Source: Candidatus Binatia bacterium (GTDB lineage Bacteria > Desulfobacterota > Binatia > UBA9968 > CAXXLF01). Taken from it: a DNA stretch of 64,000 nucleotides. Positions 20,544-31,200 of the stretch are shown here, in pieces (within the stretch, counting starts at the first letter, position 1; each line of letters opens with the position of its first letter). The stretch covers positions 704,001 through 768,000 of the forward strand of contig CAXXLF010000001.1 of assembly GCA_963664015.2 (NCBI GenBank), written 5' to 3'. The notes beneath the pieces are model-generated. The model was not told the origin of the DNA and searched no databases. It saw only the letters and a list, made by a program, of their open reading frames with translations. Made by a program: the position numbers and the translations under genes.

Positions 20544-21311
20544 CTACAGGGCGAGTTCGACCATAACCGGCGCATGGTCTGAAGGCCGTTCGTGGGCACG
20601 CATGTCGCGATCGACGACGAATTGCTTGCAGCTACCGGCAAGTTCCCGTGACAACAGGATGTGGTCGATGCGCATTCCCAGTTTCCGTCTGAAGGAATTC
20701 ATGCGGTAGTCCCACCAGGTAAAGCAGCCGCCCCCTTGTTCCAAGAGCCGAAGACTGTCCACTAGTCCCAATTGAATGAGCTCCGTGAAGGCCTCCCGCT
20801 CCCGTGCACTGAATAGGACCTTGCCTTCCCAAACCGCTGGATCGTACACGTCGCGTTCGTCGGGAGCGATATTGAAATCTCCGAGAACCGCAAGCTTGGG
20901 GAAGGTAACCAACTCGGCCTTGAGCCATTGGGTCAGGTGCTCCAGCCACTGAAGCTTGTATTGATACTTGTCGGACTCGACGCTCTCCCCATTGGGCACG
21001 TAAATACATATGACACGGACACCCTGGACGGTAGCGGCCACAACTCGCTTTTGCGGATCCTCGTAGCCGGGGATTCCCACAGTGACTTGGTCCGCAGTAG
21101 TGCGGCAGAGAATCGCAACACCGTTATAGGTCTTCTGGCCTACAAAGACCGGCTGGTAACCCGCAGCACCAATCGCGTCGGTTGGAAACTTGACGTCTTC
21201 CATCTTGGTCTCTTGCAGACACAAGACGTCCGGGGTACGGGTCGCCAGCCATGCCTCAACCTGGGGCAGGCGAACCTTCAGGGAGTTAACGTTCCAGGTG
21301 GCGAGTTTCAT
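20544..21311 (-). CDS. xth: Exodeoxyribonuclease III
   Basis: MKLATWNVNS, LQETK, YVPNG, GDFNIA, RIDH, SDHAPV; ATG overlaps the upstream TAA. Confidence 0.96.
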   Translation of the reverse strand: MKLATWNVNSLKVRLPQVEAWLATRTPDVLCLQETKMEDVKFPTDAIGAAGYQPVFVGQKTYNGVAILCRTTADQVTVGIPGYEDPQKRVVAATVQGVRVICIYVPNGESVESDKYQYKLQWLEHLTQWLKAELVTFPKLAVLGDFNIAPDERDVYDPAVWEGKVLFSAREREAFTELIQLGLVDSLRLLEQGGGCFTWWDYRMNSFRRKLGMRIDHILLSRELAGSCKQFVVDRDMRAHERPSDHAPVMVELAL

Positions 21312-22087
21312 TAATGAACGGGGGAATTCTCCTGCACATAGCGTTCGTACAGGACGTCGGGCCACGACGAGAACTGGCTCCCCCTGTGGGATGTTACCAA
21401 ACGCTCGACCTGCATCCTCATCCCCGCATAATCCGTTTCTTTGACGATACCCAGTGTGTATAGTTTTTGAAGCATCAGCGCGCCCTCGGGTCCGTGCTCC
21501 CGCAGGTCCGCTTCCACGTGAAGGTCGAAGTATTCAAGCATCTCGTCTGGAACGCCGTACTTGGTATGCAGGGTGTCTCGCCAGTGCTTCAGGATGTAGC
21601 CGACAAAGCCCTCCAGCATCCACCTGACCGCCGTCTGCACCGGGCTTTGAGAGCGGTAAACCTGCGCCGTGTTGAAGGCCGCCTCGGTTTCGGGAATCGG
21701 CCGCGCGCTGCGCAACGCCTCATCCGCTACGCCAAGATAACGAGTGAACTTCAGGTAGGTGCGACCGTGGCCGCCCGGGGCCGGGTCCGCCAGCTCGCTC
21801 CCCATCTTGGAGGCTACAATATCGTAAAGGTCGGGGTTCCGGCGCCACAAATCGATGTGATTGACCAGCGCCCAGGTTACGCTGGCGTTGGTCATCTGGA
21901 TAAAGATGTAATACTGCTTTACGTATTCTCTGAGGAAATCCACCGGGACTTTCCCAGCGAAAAATTCCTGGTAAAACCGTCCCAGTTTGTGCCCTGTCTT
22001 GAAAGGATGCTCTTGCGTGGTATCGTCGAACCAACCCTTGAATGACTCGAAGGTAGAGAATTTGAGCTCTGCCGATTCCATACTCAT
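21311..22087 (-). CDS. PqqC/TenA-like iron-containing redox enzyme
   Basis: HPF near the N-terminus, SELADPAPGGH, MLEG, YFDLHVEADLREH. Confidence 0.75.
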   Translation of the reverse strand: MSMESAELKFSTFESFKGWFDDTTQEHPFKTGHKLGRFYQEFFAGKVPVDFLREYVKQYYIFIQMTNASVTWALVNHIDLWRRNPDLYDIVASKMGSELADPAPGGHGRTYLKFTRYLGVADEALRSARPIPETEAAFNTAQVYRSQSPVQTAVRWMLEGFVGYILKHWRDTLHTKYGVPDEMLEYFDLHVEADLREHGPEGALMLQKLYTLGIVKETDYAGMRMQVERLVTSHRGSQFSSWPDVLYERYVQENSPVH

Positions 22088-22133
22088 GCTCCTTCCATGC
22101 TAAATGGATTTAAATAAGTGCCCGTTTCTGTCT

Positions 22134-22517
22134 CTACTCGGCCAATCCCGTGATAACTAGACCTGGTGGAAGAATGCCGAGTCGCTTCACGCCCTTTTCG
22201 GTCATGACCATGGTATCGCCCAAGGAACCGTTATCGGTTTTGCCGTCCACTTCAAAACTCAGGGTCCGCTTGAAGATGAAGGCCCAGCCCTTTGTAAAGA
22301 CCATATCGAGCGTCGCCTCATCCGCATGGCCGGTCACCAGCGGCCCATCGGATCCCAGACCACGGCCATGCATTAGGAACTGTCCGTTCATATTCTGGTA
22401 TCTGGACCAACCGAGCAGGAGCCGTGTCGCTTGGTATTCGCAGAGGGAGTTGACTTCACGGACCGTAAGCCCGACCCGGAGACTTTCGAAGCAACGGTGC
22501 CAATACTCGGCGTGCAT
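22134..22517 (-). pseudogene. M24 (Xaa-Pro peptidase-like) C-terminal fragment
   Basis: MHGRGLGSDGP, GDTMVMTEKGVKRLG; only about 125 aa remain. Confidence 0.65.
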
Positions 22518-22665
22518 GGCATAGGACCTCTTTTTCTGAATAAAGTTTCCTATTTCATCGGGGAGAACGGCGGGAGGAGCAAGTATCGGCGAGTCATATG
22601 AGCCCCCTGGACGAAACCGAGTATCCGCTAAGCCGCGGCCTCGTGTCAACGGTTTTCTCGTTGGG

Positions 22666-24903
22666 TCATTGACCCCGTTTGGCCGTGAAAACCTTTTCCG
22701 CCGTAATCGGCAACTGGAACAGTCGCACGCCGGCGGCGTTGGCAACGGCGTTGGCAATGGCTGCGGGCGCGATTACATTGGCGTGCTCCCCGATTCCCTT
22801 TGCGTCATAAGGACCGGGACCGTCTTGGGAGGGGACCAGAACGGTCTTAAGCTCGGGAATATCACGGATGTTCGGCATCTTGTATTCGCCAAGATTCTGC
22901 GCCGTAATTTTTCCATTCTCCTGCGGCAACTCTTCCATCAAGGCGGTTCCAATGGCCATCATCAGTCCACCGTCAATCTGACCTTGATGGCCCAGGGGGT
23001 TGATGATGGTTCCCACGTCGTGAGCAGTAACGAAACGATGCAATTGCACCCGACCGGTTTCAGGATCCACTTCCACTTCTGCCACCTGGGCAACGAAGGA
23101 AGTGGACGACCCACTTCTCGGAACTTCCACCTCCACGTTGACCGTGACCGATCCGCCGGTCGCTCCAACGACGTCTGACAGTTGGATCGTTTTACGCCGC
23201 TTGTTACCGGTCCAGAATTTCCCAGCCTTGTATTGAACCTCGGCCCCAGTACACTGGAGCATCTGGGCCGCTTGCGGCACTAGTTTTTCCTTCATCTCGG
23301 TGCAAGCCTGAATTACCGCATGACCACCGATGTTGGTCGAACGACTGCCACCGAAACCAATATCGACGCTGTAAGGGACCTCGGACGTGTTTCCCACCCG
23401 GCAGCTAACCCGATCTACAGGCACGTCCATCTCCGAAGCCACTGTCTGGCATAAAATATTTCTGAGACCGGTGCCCTGATCACCGCTAACGGTAAAGACC
23501 GTGAACCTCCCATCGAGCTCGACGGTAACAACGATCCAACCCTTGCCGGCCCCTGTCCCACGCTCGTACATAGCCAATCCGAGGCCATAGTTGTCCCCGC
23601 GCTTGGGTTTCTTCCAACCGGCCGCGTCCAGTGCTGCTTGGAGCGTTTCCCGCGCCTTCACGCCGCGCCAGGATTTGCCCAGGGCGTTTTCCTCTCCTTC
23701 ACCCACCAGGTTCTTCATACGGAACTCGGCCGGATCCATACCCAGCTCTTTTGCCACGAGGTCCATGTGGGACTCGACAGCAAACATGGCGTGGATCGCG
23801 CCCGGCGCCCGCCAAAATCCGCAGGGCACCGTATTCGTGTAGACCTGAAATGCCTCCATATGGGTATGGTCGATCCGGTACGGGCCGGCGGTCCCCGCAC
23901 CGCCAATGCTTCCCCGTCCCGGCTTGTAGCCCACATAGGCTCCACTGCCATGGACAGCCCGTAGAAAACGAGCCACCAGTCGGCCGTCCCGCTTTACTCC
24001 CGTGCGTACGGTGATCACCGAATCGTGATCCGGGTTGGAAGAAGTCAACTCCTCGGTGTGAGTCAATACGATTCGCACGGGCCGCCCGGCCTTTTTGGCG
24101 AGAAGATAGGCGATGGGTAAATCGCCGGCACCACTTTTACCTCCAAAGTCACCACCGACGTTGACCGCATCCACTTGGACTCGATCGGGGCTCACACCGA
24201 TGGCCCTGGCGAACTGGGCACGGGTGCCGAAGGGGGCTTTGGTGGATGCCCAAACGTGAATTCGACCGTCTTCCTCGATAGCAACTAGGAAGGCCTGAGG
24301 CTCAATGTAACCCTGATGGTGTACGGGAATACGAAACGTATGCTCGATAACCAGATCAGCCTCGTTAAATCCTTTCTCGACGTCGCCTTTACCCCAGGTC
24401 AGCCGGTTGGCCACATTGGGCATGCCTTGGATCGAGTCGTCTCCAGCCGCCCCTTCGTAGGAGGCCGGATCATCGTGCACCAGCGGCGCATTGGGCGCCA
24501 TAGCCTCGAGGGGATCGAACACCGCCGGAAGCTCTTCGTATTCTACTTCGATCAGATTCACCCCTTCCTCTGCGACCTCACGGGTATCGGCGGCAACCGC
24601 CGCGACACGGTCCCCGATAAAGCGAACCTTGTCCCAACAGAGAACCGGCGTATCCTGAACGGACTTTCCCTGGTAGCGCCCATTTGCATCCTGGCCCGTG
24701 ACAACGGCCCGGACTCCGGGAACCTTCAGGGCCTTCGAAGTGTCGACGCGAACGATGCGGGCGTGGGCATAGGGACTGCGTAGAATCTTACCCCACAGGG
24801 CACCTGCGTAGGGCACGTCTGCTGCATACCATGCCTGGCCGCTTACCTTCTCCGCCCCTTCCACTTTACCGACGCGGGCACCGATAGCATTCGATCTGGC
24901 CAT
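22666..24903 (-). CDS. Xanthine dehydrogenase/CoxL-family molybdopterin-binding subunit
   Basis: LRSPYAHA, GGDFGGK, FWRAPG, DQGTG, EVEVDPETG, KGIGE. Confidence 0.93.
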   Translation of the reverse strand: MARSNAIGARVGKVEGAEKVSGQAWYAADVPYAGALWGKILRSPYAHARIVRVDTSKALKVPGVRAVVTGQDANGRYQGKSVQDTPVLCWDKVRFIGDRVAAVAADTREVAEEGVNLIEVEYEELPAVFDPLEAMAPNAPLVHDDPASYEGAAGDDSIQGMPNVANRLTWGKGDVEKGFNEADLVIEHTFRIPVHHQGYIEPQAFLVAIEEDGRIHVWASTKAPFGTRAQFARAIGVSPDRVQVDAVNVGGDFGGKSGAGDLPIAYLLAKKAGRPVRIVLTHTEELTSSNPDHDSVITVRTGVKRDGRLVARFLRAVHGSGAYVGYKPGRGSIGGAGTAGPYRIDHTHMEAFQVYTNTVPCGFWRAPGAIHAMFAVESHMDLVAKELGMDPAEFRMKNLVGEGEENALGKSWRGVKARETLQAALDAAGWKKPKRGDNYGLGLAMYERGTGAGKGWIVVTVELDGRFTVFTVSGDQGTGLRNILCQTVASEMDVPVDRVSCRVGNTSEVPYSVDIGFGGSRSTNIGGHAVIQACTEMKEKLVPQAAQMLQCTGAEVQYKAGKFWTGNKRRKTIQLSDVVGATGGSVTVNVEVEVPRSGSSTSFVAQVAEVEVDPETGRVQLHRFVTAHDVGTIINPLGHQGQIDGGLMMAIGTALMEELPQENGKITAQNLGEYKMPNIRDIPELKTVLVPSQDGPGPYDAKGIGEHANVIAPAAIANAVANAAGVRLFQLPITAEKVFTAKRGQ

Positions 24904-25079
24904 AGATGTTTCTCCTCTCGTTTCTTCCCCTCGGACGGGTTCACCACTCCCCTGTGACGAAGGATTTCCCCGGACGCCTCAGGCAAGCAAAAACTTTTCG
25001 GATTATATATATCTTCAAACCCCACCGACAAGCAACAACCGAACTGGGGCACATTGCCCGTATCATGCACAGCTGGGTC

Positions 25080-26426
25080 TCACCCTTGCTTCGGTGCTTG
25101 CTCAGTGGCAACGAAATCATGAATAATTTGCGCCAGCGTTGGGGCCCTGATCTCCTCCAGACGATAGGTGACCCGGCAGGTGGGCTGCTGGATTTTTACG
25201 ATGCGGTGTAAATCCACGGGGGTCGCAATCAGGACCAGGTCGCAAGGGGTCTGGCGTATAGATTTCTCCAGATCGTGAACCTGTCCCTCGTCGTATCCAA
25301 TGGCGGGAAGGAGGTTTCCCAGATGGGGATAAGCTTCGAATGTATCCCGAATGATGCCGATCGCGTAAGGGCGTGGATCAACCAACTCGGCCGCACCCTG
25401 TTGCCTCGCCGCTAAGACCCCCGCTCCGAAACCCATTCCACCATGGGTCAGAATAGGTCCATCTTCGATAACAAGAACTCGTTTGCCTCGGATGACCAGT
25501 TCGTTCTCGACCGAAAGCGGCATGCCAGCAAGAACAACCTTAGCCGCCCGGTTAAACTGCTCGATGTTGCGCCGCACCCGGCCGACCTTATCCGCATCGG
25601 CGCTGTCGATCTTGTTGTGAATGAAGACATGGGCCCGCAGAAAATTGACCGCGCCAGGGAAATAGGTCAATTCATGGCCCGGCCGCTGGGGATCCAGCAA
25701 AACGATCTCGAGATCGGACACAAAAAACGGTAGATCGTTGTTACCCCCGTCCCAGAAGATGAAATCGGCCTCTTTTTCAGCCAGCTCCAAGATCTTTTGA
25801 TAGTCGACAGCGGCATAGAAAGGTATGGCCACAGGCAAACACCGGTTCATACTCCTCCCTTTCTTCGATCGTACAATAAGCACGGCTGAGGTCCTCCAAG
25901 GTGCTAAACCCTGTGCAATTTGTTTCGAGAGGTCACCATAGGGCATGGGATGACGCACGACACCGACAGGAAGGCCCTCGGCGGTAAGCAGATTGGCAAT
26001 CTTTCTCAACGCTGGGCTCTTACCGCAGCCCGTCCTCACGGCGCACACGGAAACGACTGGTTGTTTGGACGGAAGCATCATGGTCCGGGGGCCGAGCAGC
26101 TTGAAATCTGCACCGCCGGCCATGATCTGAGAGGCCGCACGCATGACATGGCCATGGGAGACGTCACTGTAGGAGAACACCACTTGATCGATATCATGGA
26201 CCTTGATGATGGTCTCCAACTCGCGTCCCGCAAAAATCGAAATCCCTTTTGGATAGCGCTTGCCCGCGAGTTGGGGAGGGTATCTCCTCCCTTCGATCTA
26301 GGGGATCTGAGCTGCCGTAAAGGCGACCACATCATGAGCCGGATCGTCGCGAAAGGCTACATTAAAATTGTGAAAGTCTCGTCCCGCCGCCCCCATGATC
26401 AACACACTAGTCCTTTTCCGTGCCAT
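25080..26426 (-). pseudogene. Cyclic 2,3-diphosphoglycerate synthetase-like GTPase, disrupted
   Basis: Start 26426 IMGAAGRDFHNFN...QIP-TAG(26298-26300)-IEGRRYP; AVRTGCGKS, HPMPYG, WDGGNND; CTIEEREEYEP motif lies in a shifted frame at about 25820-25911. Confidence 0.85.
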
Positions 26427-26436
26427 GCTTCGTCCC

Positions 26437-27581
26437 TCACCTTGTGGCCGTGATCAAACGCCTTGCCTCCAACCCGATGACCTGTTCTTCGCCAACGGGT
26501 ACGACATAAACGGCAGGCTTGGACCGCGGTGGTGAAATACGGCCCTCCGTACCGATCCGAGCCTTATTGAGTTTGGGATCGACGCGAAGGCCACACCACT
26601 CCATGGCAGCACAAATGCGAGCGCGTATTTCCGGTGAGTTCTCACCGATCCCGCCGCTGAAAAGCACAGCATCGGCACCACCCAGGACGGCCAGATAGGC
26701 ACCTAGATACTTTCGCGCATATCGTTGGAATGACCGGAGATCCCCAGGAGCCCCGATTTCTTATTGAGCAGGGTCTCGACCTCCGCCACCGTAAGCTGCT
26801 CTTTCTCGGCTAGATTTCGGACAAGCGCCGGATCCAGATTTCCCGATCGTGTCCCCGTGACCAATCCCTCTAGGGGAGTAAAACCCATGGAGGCTCCCAC
26901 AGACTGTCCCTTACGAATTGCGCTTGCGGAACAGCCATTGCCGAGATGAAGTATCACAACATTGACACGCCGTTGGGGAAGGCCCCTGATCTGGGCGTAA
27001 CGAAGCACCAGAGATTAGTGGGCTAAACCATGAAAGCCATACCGTTGGATTCGGTGGCGCCGTGTAAGCTCGTGTGGGATCGCGTAGGTCGATGCGTAAT
27101 CGGGAAGGGTCCGGTGGAAGGATGTGTCGAAAACCGCAATCATAGTAACCTTGGAGCCGAGGACCCTGCGGGCTGCTCGAATTCCGCTGACAGATGCCGG
27201 ATTGTGGAGCAGGGCAAGGTCGCTCAAGGCCTCGATCGCCTTAAGGACTCGGTCATCGATCAGCACCGATGTAAGGAAACGGTCGCCTCCGTAAACCACC
27301 CGATGACCGACCCCATCTACCCGTTCAACAACGTTAGCACGATTGCTTTGGAGCCAGCCCAGCACCCGTTCGACGGCCTCTTCATGGTCCCCAACGGAGG
27401 CTGTCGCATGTTCCGGGGCGCCGCCGGGAAGAGCAAAGGCACAGCTTCCTTCGCTTCCGATACGATCGATCAGACCTCGAGCCACACAGAGGGGATTCCC
27501 TGCCACCCGACTCGATGAGGTCATATGAATCAGCTGAAACTTCAGAGTCGAGCTGCCAGAATTGAGAAGCAGGATATTCAT
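26437..27581 (-). pseudogene. ackA: Acetate kinase pseudogene
   Basis: NSGSSTLKF, GHRVV.GG, FDTSFH, YGFHG, HLGNGCS, MGFTPLEG, GGIGEN; in-frame TAA 27015-27017 and a frameshifting deletion near 26712. Confidence 0.92.
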
Positions 27582-27791
27582 TGTTCAAATGGGTTTAAGC
27601 CATTGGCTATCCGACAATCAAATTAATTCGACCCCAGGGTTTGAATCCCCCTGGTCGACTAAAGGGTAGAGCACCCGCTTCTCCCCTTTAGGAATCCCAT
27701 CGGTTATGGTCCCTCAGCTTGCCGCGGGGTTTCCTAATAATCAAACTCTCCGAAGCCTCAGGTTCCATGCCTAACAACTTGGGCGATCCTT

Positions 27792-28445
27792 TCAGGTAAC
27801 CGACACAATTCGTCCATGGTCGAGTCTCATTCGGAACTGGGCCTGGGACTGGGCCCACTCGGGCTGGTGCGTACAGATCACGATCCCCCTCCCCGAACTG
27901 GCCAGTGAAGCGATCAGTTGCTGTAACCGCTCACTGTTTTCCGCATCCACACCGGCCGTCGGCTCATCGAGCAAAAGCGTCTCGGCTCCTGTGGCGAGCG
28001 CCCTGGCCAAGGCAACCCGTCTGAGCTCTCCACCGGATAGGGCGCTCGCCCCACGTTCCGCAAGGTGTTCGCATCCCATCATCTTCAACGCCTCCAGCGC
28101 CCTTGCAGCGGCTATCTCCGATTTGAACCCACGGGCGCGCACGCCGAATGCAACGTTCGCAAGCACCTTTTTTCGGAAAAGGACCGGATCCTGAGCGACC
28201 AGTGTTACTCGGCGGCGGTGGGACAACCCCTTCCTGCCATAAAACACGTCCTCACCTTTATAACGAAGTGTTCCCCGGTTGGGAGGGTGGAGGCCCGCCA
28301 ACATCCGAAGCAGGGTCGTCTTCCCCGCGCCGTTAGGCCCGGTCACAAGGGCCATCCCGTTAACGGGGATTTCGAGGTCGTCAATTTCCAACGCCTTCGA
28401 GTGTTCAAAGCTAACCTGTATGCCTTTGAGTATAAAAGTCGACAT
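27792..28445 (-). CDS. tupC: Tungstate ABC transporter ATP-binding subunit
   Basis: GPNGAGKT, LSGGE, LLLDEPT; directly downstream of tupB. Confidence 0.82.
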   Translation of the reverse strand: MSTFILKGIQVSFEHSKALEIDDLEIPVNGMALVTGPNGAGKTTLLRMLAGLHPPNRGTLRYKGEDVFYGRKGLSHRRRVTLVAQDPVLFRKKVLANVAFGVRARGFKSEIAAARALEALKMMGCEHLAERGASALSGGELRRVALARALATGAETLLLDEPTAGVDAENSERLQQLIASLASSGRGIVICTHQPEWAQSQAQFRMRLDHGRIVSVT

Positions 28446-28446
28446 C

Positions 28447-29133
28447 TCAGGATTTTTGCAGCAGCCGAACCAAAATGTTGGTGACAAGAATAACGGACAT
28501 TAAAACGACCCCAAGGGCGATACCGAAACCAAATTCACCCTTCATACTCTCCAGGGCGATGGCCGTGGTGATGGTGCGGGTGTAGCCTTCTATGTTGCCG
28601 CCGAGAATAACCGCGATGCCCACTTCCGAGGCCGCACGGCCGAAGGCGGCCAGGATGGCGGCCAAAAGACCGAAGCGTGCCTCTAACACCAAAGTCCAGG
28701 CCGAGAGTCCGGTCGAGGCACCCAAAGTCAGGGTCGTCTCTCGTATACGGTTATCAACCGAAGCCAGCGCCGTCATCGCAAAGACAATCAGGACCGGTGC
28801 GAGGAGAATGACCAATCCAATAATGATGGCCGACGGGGCGAAAAGAAGATCCATGAACCCCAGAGGTCCCCGACGCGAGAGAAAACCGTAAACGACCAAT
28901 CCGATAACCACCGTAGGCATTCCGAGAAGGGTCTGGCACAGGGCGATGACTGCCCCCTTGCCGGGGAACCGCTGTGTTGCCAGAAGGTATCCCAGGGGAA
29001 GACTGATCACCGACGCCAGGAGGGTACTGCTGAGGCTTACCTGAAGCGTCACGCGGGCAGCGCTCAAAACCTGGGGGTCACCGTAAAGAGCGCGCAGGAT
29101 CCCATCTCGAAAACCGTCCAGGAGAAATTCCAA
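28447..29133 (-). CDS. tupB: Tungstate ABC transporter permease
   Basis: PTVVIGL..Y..LSRRGPLG, FGRAASEVG, GGNIEGYTRTITTAIALE. Confidence 0.9.
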   Translation of the reverse strand: MEFLLDGFRDGILRALYGDPQVLSAARVTLQVSLSSTLLASVISLPLGYLLATQRFPGKGAVIALCQTLLGMPTVVIGLVVYGFLSRRGPLGFMDLLFAPSAIIIGLVILLAPVLIVFAMTALASVDNRIRETTLTLGASTGLSAWTLVLEARFGLLAAILAAFGRAASEVGIAVILGGNIEGYTRTITTAIALESMKGEFGFGIALGVVLMSVILVTNILVRLLQKS

Positions 29134-29152
29134 AGCTATCTTTCTATCAAGC

Positions 29153-30022
29153 CTACGATGGCTCCCGGATCCCGTGGCCCGTTACCGGCGCGTCGCCATT
29201 TACCGGATAGAAGAGCACTTTTCCGTTCATGCGAAAGCCGGCAATCAGGAGTTGGCCTTGTTCGGAGGTGAGGAACGCTATGTATTTTTTTGCCATGGCG
29301 AACCTCACATGGGGGTGCCGCTTGGGGTTTACCGCGATCACCCCGTAGGGGTTGGAGAGTCTATTATCTCCTTCGACGAGGACTTCAAGGGAAATCTTCT
29401 TCCCGGCACTCATGGCGATGTAGGTGCCGCGGTCGGTCAACGTGTAGCCTTGCTTTTCATCCGCCGCCAGGAGGGTCTTGCCCATCCCCTGTCCCAGGGA
29501 AGCGGACCAGCGGCCCGAGGGCTCCAGTGCAGCAGCCTCCCAAAGGGCCGCCTCTTTTTTGTGTGTGCCCGAGTCATCCCCTCGGCTGAACCACCGGGAT
29601 TTTTTCTCGGCAATCCGTCGGAGCGCAGCAGCAACATCGCTTTCGCCGCGGATGCCCGCGGGATCAGCCCGCGGACCCACTATGATGAAATCGTTGGCCA
29701 TAACGTCGCGCCGGTTGACGCCGTGGCCGTCGGCGACAAACTTGTCCTCAGCGGCGCGGGCGTGAACAAGCACCGCGTCGACGTCGCCGTTTCGTCCCAG
29801 GGCCAACGCCTTGCCCGTACCTACGGCGATGGTGTGAACTTTCACGCCGGTCATCCGCTCAAAAGTTGGGTGCAGGTACTTTAATAAGCCCGAGTTGTCG
29901 GTGCTCGTCGACGTAGCGAGTTTGATGAGCGGCTGTGCCCCGAGTTTACCACTCGACGAATGCACCATAAAGGGCAAAACGAAGAAAAACGCCCAAATCC
30001 ATTTGTCGACACTACAGTGCAT
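29153..30022 (-). CDS. tupA: Tungstate ABC transporter substrate-binding protein
   Basis: Signal peptide, ATSTSTDNSGLL, AVGTGKAL, SRGDDSGTHKKE, GQGMG, DRGT, NPY. Confidence 0.92.
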   Translation of the reverse strand: MHCSVDKWIWAFFFVLPFMVHSSSGKLGAQPLIKLATSTSTDNSGLLKYLHPTFERMTGVKVHTIAVGTGKALALGRNGDVDAVLVHARAAEDKFVADGHGVNRRDVMANDFIIVGPRADPAGIRGESDVAAALRRIAEKKSRWFSRGDDSGTHKKEAALWEAAALEPSGRWSASLGQGMGKTLLAADEKQGYTLTDRGTYIAMSAGKKISLEVLVEGDNRLSNPYGVIAVNPKRHPHVRFAMAKKYIAFLTSEQGQLLIAGFRMNGKVLFYPVNGDAPVTGHGIREPS

Positions 30023-30211
30023 GTTTCGGCCTCTTTATCTTGCGAGCCCTCGTCCGAGTCCCAACCCCCCATTGCCTTCCTAAAACAAGACAGCGGGCCT
30101 GTAGTTTAATCCGTCCCTGCGGAGAATTCAATTTTGTATCCAATGAGTCTTCGGAATATCTATTGATCCACGGCTTACGGGTCAAGGCTTCTACTGGCTG
30201 TCGTTCTCAAT

Positions 30212-31129
30212 TCACCAAAGGTCACGGAAGCCCACGGCCACCACCTGTTCATAGGGGACAGGGCTGGACAGCAAACCAACGGATTGTGCGAAGCGGTTAA
30301 GTTTAATCACGGCATCTTCCGAGATGACAGGATCGTAAAAGGAGGAGTCCCGCTCCACAAGCGTCTGAATGAGGGCCGCAGCGTCGGGAGGGAAGCGGCG
30401 TCTGCCTACCTCCGCGGCTTGCGCCGGATCTTCACGAAGTGCCCTTTGGGTCTTTACAATCGCCCGGACAACGGCCGCGATGGACGACGGATCACGCGCG
30501 ATTAATGCGTCCATTGTGGCGAGCCCGGCGAAGGTAAAGTGACGGACCTCGGCAGGGTCATCGCCCCGTCGCACGTCGAGAAGAACCTTACCAACGCCTC
30601 GCCTCACCGCAGTCTCGCTCCCCATGGCATTGGCCCAGAAACCATCAACCAGGCCTGCTTCAAGTGCATGGGCGGCAAAGACACCGAAGGAAACCTTAGC
30701 CCCATCGGTACCCGGAGGGTGCACGACTTGCACTCCCTCTCGATGGGCGTCGATTCCGGCTTCGATTAGCAACTGTTTGAACGTGAGGTCGGGCCCATGG
30801 GCCGCTGCAATTCGGAGCCCCTTCAGCACACTGATATCTCCCCGCTTCCCAGGGAGATCGCTACGAACGACGAGCAGATGGGGCGTCCCCTGGGACAGGG
30901 CAACCACCAGCTTGACCCCTTTCCAACTGGGAAACACGGTCAGGAGATCGTACACCGTGCCGGCAATCATGGCATCGGCCTTGCCATCTCTGAGCGCCGC
31001 CGTTGCCATGAGCTGGGGAAACAGCTCCACATGAGCGTCCAACCCTTCCGCTCGGTAAAATCCCAACTCCTCTGCGGCGAGGGCAGGAAAACAGGTGTTG
31101 CTTACAAGATCAACGGCGGCAATGCGCAA
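30212..31129 (-). CDS. NMT1/SsuA-like substrate-binding-fold protein lacking a signal peptide
   Basis: AAEELGFYRAEGLD, LKGLRIAA; TTG start after AGGGAG; no N-terminal hydrophobic stretch. Confidence 0.75.
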   Translation of the reverse strand: MRIAAVDLVSNTCFPALAAEELGFYRAEGLDAHVELFPQLMATAALRDGKADAMIAGTVYDLLTVFPSWKGVKLVVALSQGTPHLLVVRSDLPGKRGDISVLKGLRIAAAHGPDLTFKQLLIEAGIDAHREGVQVVHPPGTDGAKVSFGVFAAHALEAGLVDGFWANAMGSETAVRRGVGKVLLDVRRGDDPAEVRHFTFAGLATMDALIARDPSSIAAVVRAIVKTQRALREDPAQAAEVGRRRFPPDAAALIQTLVERDSSFYDPVISEDAVIKLNRFAQSVGLLSSPVPYEQVVAVGFRDLW

Positions 31130-31200
31130 CGGGTACTCTCCCTTGGAATCGAATCCATGGCCCCCTTATTTCTAACGGTAGGACCCTCTCCCCTCCCAAT

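Noticed and set aside
30023-30210. Moco/tungsten-cofactor riboswitch upstream of tupA
   Set aside because: I could not find the expected conserved elements; an Rfam scan would be needed.
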